64,000 bases of DNA from Myxococcales bacterium (GTDB lineage: Bacteria; Myxococcota_A; Polyangia; Nannocystales; Nannocystaceae), in contig JACKDU010000002.1 of the NCBI GenBank assembly GCA_020633335.1, forward strand, positions 122,730 to 186,729. Direction: 5' to 3'. Numbering within the stretch: position 1 is the stretch's first letter; each line of letters opens with the position of its first letter. The notes below the pieces were generated by a model, which saw only the letters and a list, made by a program, of their open reading frames with translations, was not told the DNA's origin and ran no database searches. Below, piece by piece: positions 61,505 through 64,000 of this stretch. Position numbers and translations under genes: made by a program.

Positions 61505-61831
61505 ATGGCCGGCGACGACGACGACAACGACGACGACGCGGCGAAGATGCCCGCGCTGCCGGAGGACGCCCGCCCCTACCGCAGGACCGCGACCTTCGAC
61601 GCCGCGACCCTGCCCGCCGGCCTCCGCGGCCGCCACACCACCCGCGAGGGGACCTGGGCGCGGATCGTCGTCCTCGAGGGCGCGGTGACCTACCGGATCC
61701 TCGAACCGACCCCGCGCGACCTCGTCCTCACGCCCGCGCGCGTCGGCGTGGTCGAGCCGGGCGTCGCCCACCAGCTCGTCGGCGACGGGCCCTTCGCGCT
61801 CTTCGTCGAGTTCTGCCGGCGGGGCGACTAG
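61505..61831 (+). CDS. DUF1971-like small cupin-fold protein, coupled to hemH
   Basis: ATG 1 nt after the hemH stop. GTWARIVVLEGAVTY...HQLVGDGPFALFVEF pattern. Confidence 0.4.
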   Translation: MAGDDDDNDDDAAKMPALPEDARPYRRTATFDAATLPAGLRGRHTTREGTWARIVVLEGAVTYRILEPTPRDLVLTPARVGVVEPGVAHQLVGDGPFALFVEFCRRGD

Positions 61832-61838
61832 CGCTCGC

Positions 61839-62792
61839 CTACTTCGCGCAGATCAGCGGCGAACCGTGGACGCAGAGGTGGATCTCGGTGTCGCACTCGA
61901 AGCCGCTCGCGCACTCACCCGTGCAGGTCTGCCCGAGCGTCGGCAACGCCTTGCAGAGGAGATCGTCGGGCTGACAGACGAAGTCCACGGCGCAGGGGTG
62001 GGTGTTGCACTCGTCGCCGTCCTTGCCCGGCAGGACGCAGATCCCACCGTAGGTGTCGCAGACCAGGACGGGGTCGCAGAGGTGCGCGAAGCAGTCCTCG
62101 TCGATCCCCGAGGTCTCCGTGCAGACCCCGCCGAAGCAGCCGTAGGGCTCCTTGCAGGGGACCGTGCCGCAGCTCTGGCCGAGGGTCGGCCGGACCGCGC
62201 AGGTGAGCGTCGCGAGATCGCAGTGGAGCCCGTCGGCGCAGGGCTGGAGCCCGCAGGACTCGCCGACCGCCGCCGGCGCGCAGGGATCGATGCACACCGC
62301 GCTCCCGCTCTTCGGACAGACGAGCCCCTGGGCGCAGTCGCTGACCCGCTCGGAGACGTAGGTGCAGGGCGCCCCGGGGCCGAGCTTGCCGTAGCCGTAC
62401 TGGCAGAGCTCGCAGGCGAGCCCGGCGTCGGCGACCTCCTCCGGGGTGACGCAGCCGAAGGCGGGATAGGGGAGCTGGCTGGCGAAGCAGTCGGCGTCCG
62501 GGGTGAGCCCCGCGGCCTTCACCTGGCTCTCGAAGGTCCCCCAGTCGAAGGCGTAGGCGTCGACGCAGGCCTTCTGGCTGGGGAAGCCGAAGTCCTCGCA
62601 CGCGCAGGAGAAGAGGCCGGCGCAGGCCTGCTCAAAGGAGGCCGGCGTCGCCCCCTCGGTGTCGCCGCCGCCATCGTCACCGCCGCTGCAGCCGCTGACC
62701 AGCGCGAGGCTGAGGGTGAAGGTGAAGGTGAAGGCGAGGGTCCGGAGCGCGCGCCCCCGCGTCGCCAACGTCACGTCACGTCGTTGATCCAC
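61839..62792 (-). CDS. Cys-rich lipoprotein
   Basis: Lipobox LVSGCSG; about 40 cysteines in repeated C-x-x-G-x-x-C modules. Confidence 0.6.
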   Translation of the reverse strand: MDQRRDVTLATRGRALRTLAFTFTFTLSLALVSGCSGGDDGGGDTEGATPASFEQACAGLFSCACEDFGFPSQKACVDAYAFDWGTFESQVKAAGLTPDADCFASQLPYPAFGCVTPEEVADAGLACELCQYGYGKLGPGAPCTYVSERVSDCAQGLVCPKSGSAVCIDPCAPAAVGESCGLQPCADGLHCDLATLTCAVRPTLGQSCGTVPCKEPYGCFGGVCTETSGIDEDCFAHLCDPVLVCDTYGGICVLPGKDGDECNTHPCAVDFVCQPDDLLCKALPTLGQTCTGECASGFECDTEIHLCVHGSPLICAK

Positions 62793-62946
62793 CGGACGAT
62801 CCTACCCGGCCGCCGCCAGCCCGCGCGGGGGCCGACGGCGATCGCAACGGCAACCCCGCGTCGCTTCGCCTGCCCCTGGCGCGCTCGCAGGACTCCCCGG
62901 GGTCGGCTCACAGGCGCGCGAGGGCGCGAGATCCCGCCCCCGCGAG

Positions 62947-62964
62947 TGTCCTGAATAGTGGACA
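62947..62964. repeat. palindrome TGTCC-TGAATAGT-GGACA upstream of the small membrane protein gene
   Basis: Read directly; same half-sites as the family but with an 8-bp spacer. Confidence 0.55.
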
Positions 62965-63003
62965 GATCGCGGCTGCGGCCGGGTTTGGAGCGACCGCCGT
63001 GCT

Positions 63004-63396
63004 ATGGATCCGCGGATGGAGCACCGGATCCGGACCAACCCGATCTTCGCGATCTTCCTGGTGGCCGCGAGCGCCTTCATCCTCGGGGTCTCGGCGCTCA
63101 CCGGGCCCTCGGTCAACACGATCACTGGCGTCGTCCTCCTGGTCCTCGGGATCCTCCAGCTCAGCCGACCGCTCATCGTCGTCACCGAGGGCGAGATCCA
63201 ATTCCGCAACCTCCTCGGGATGACCCTGCGGCGGGTCCCCTACACCCTCGACAACCTCGACGTCAGCGACGAGCTCCCGAAGATCGACGGCCAGCCGGTC
63301 AAGGGCTTCTCGACGTGGGCCCTCGACGGCAAGGCGCTCGCCGGCTTCCGCGAGGAGATCCTCAGCCGCCAGGCGAGCCGCGACCCCCAGCCCTGA
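63004..63396 (+). CDS. small membrane protein (two TM helices; bacterial PH-like)
   Basis: PIFAIFLVAASAFILGV and GVVLLVLGILQL hydrophobic helices. Confidence 0.45.
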   Translation: MDPRMEHRIRTNPIFAIFLVAASAFILGVSALTGPSVNTITGVVLLVLGILQLSRPLIVVTEGEIQFRNLLGMTLRRVPYTLDNLDVSDELPKIDGQPVKGFSTWALDGKALAGFREEILSRQASRDPQP

Positions 63397-63544
63397 GCCG
63401 GCGGCGCGTTCACGGCCCTGCGCCGAGCTTCGGAAATTTCGACGACCTCCGGAACCTCGGCCGCGGGCCGCTGTCTTGGCCGCCAGAGGGGCTGGGGAGG
63501 CGCTCGCGGTGCGCGGGCGACCCGGGGCCCCAGGAGGTCTTGTC

Positions 63545-63934
63545 ATGCGCCGTGCCATCACTGCGGCGCCGTGGGTGCTCTTCGCCTGCGGTGTCCTCGT
63601 CGCTCATTTCGCCCCGTCGCCGGTCGCCGCCGCGCCGTCGTCCGCGGCCGCGCCGGTCGCCGCCTCCGACGCGGAGTGCGTCGACGTCGAGGCCCAGCCC
63701 GGGGGCTCCGGCATGGCCATCCGGATCCACAACGGCTGCACCTACGACGTCCGCTGCGAGGTCTCCTGGAGCGTCCGCTGCGAGGGCGACGACGCGGTCA
63801 AGGCGAGCAAGCGCCACAACTTCGACCTCACCAGCGGCGGCGACCGCCACCTCCTCGCCTCCGGCGAGGCCTGCGGCGACGCGATCTGGGAGATCGGCGA
63901 CGAGGCCTGGGAGTGCGTCCAGCAGCGGCGCTAG
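63545..63934 (+). CDS. small secreted Cys-rich protein
   Basis: Signal peptide MRRAITAAPWVLFACGVLVAHFA; 8 cysteines in the mature part. Confidence 0.45.
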   Translation: MRRAITAAPWVLFACGVLVAHFAPSPVAAAPSSAAAPVAASDAECVDVEAQPGGSGMAIRIHNGCTYDVRCEVSWSVRCEGDDAVKASKRHNFDLTSGGDRHLLASGEACGDAIWEIGDEAWECVQQRR

Positions 63935-63950
63935 CCGGCGCGCGCTGGAT

Positions 63951-63972
63951 ATCCTGTCTATCAGGACAGGAT
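63951..63972. repeat. palindrome ATCCTGTC-TATCAG-GACAGGAT, 17 bp after the stop
   Basis: Read directly; perfect 8-bp arms. Confidence 0.75.
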
Positions 63973-64000
63973 GTCTGATCGGCCAGCCGTGTCGTCACCG

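Noticed and set aside
1-64000. tRNA, rRNA or ncRNA genes
   Set aside because: No cloverleaf-like or rRNA-like segments were seen in intergenic regions. All intergenic stretches are short and occupied by palindromes or promoter-like sequence.

Overview
This is a high-GC window (roughly 70% or more) that almost certainly comes from a myxobacterium, most likely a Polyangia-type member of Myxococcota. The basis is sequence-only: many Cys-rich, FG-GAP and SBBP lipoproteins, TIGR02232-like 'Myxococcus cysteine-rich repeats', and Ser/Thr kinases carrying TPR tails. I call about 55 protein-coding genes and see no rRNA, tRNA or CRISPR array.

Gene content:
- two divergently arranged neutral-ceramidase-like lipoproteins
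- HupE/UreJ metal transporter
- Tat-secreted M24 peptidase
- PLP group-II decarboxylase
- PAS hybrid sensor kinase
- SDR
- pectin-acetylesterase-like lipoprotein
- HME-type RND pump with its MFP
- Fur-family regulator
- adenosine-deaminase family protein
- aldo/keto reductase
- class-IV aminotransferase
- GT2 polyprenyl-phosphate mannosyltransferase
- PilZ protein
- AgcS symporter
- STK-TPR kinase
- Sfp-type PPTase
- ferrochelatase

Stand-outs:
1. A lower-GC two-gene insertion at 54350-56402 encodes an ABC/OLD-type ATPase overlapping a small TOPRIM-like partner. This is a PARIS/split-OLD-like candidate anti-phage module and the best candidate for a novel system.
2. A dispersed REP/BIME-like palindrome family with core TGTC(C)-N4-8-(G)GACA sits at gene 3' ends.
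3. A 143-bp element with 26-bp terminal inverted repeats embeds the stop codons of two convergent genes.
4. At least seven otherwise intact genes are split by what looks like an extra base in G/C homopolymers. This is most likely sequencing error; pseudogenes or phase variation are the alternatives.

The six-frame ORF track is heavily contaminated by wrong-frame and antisense ORFs, as expected at this GC. Calls rest on codon-position GC bias and recognisable protein motifs.
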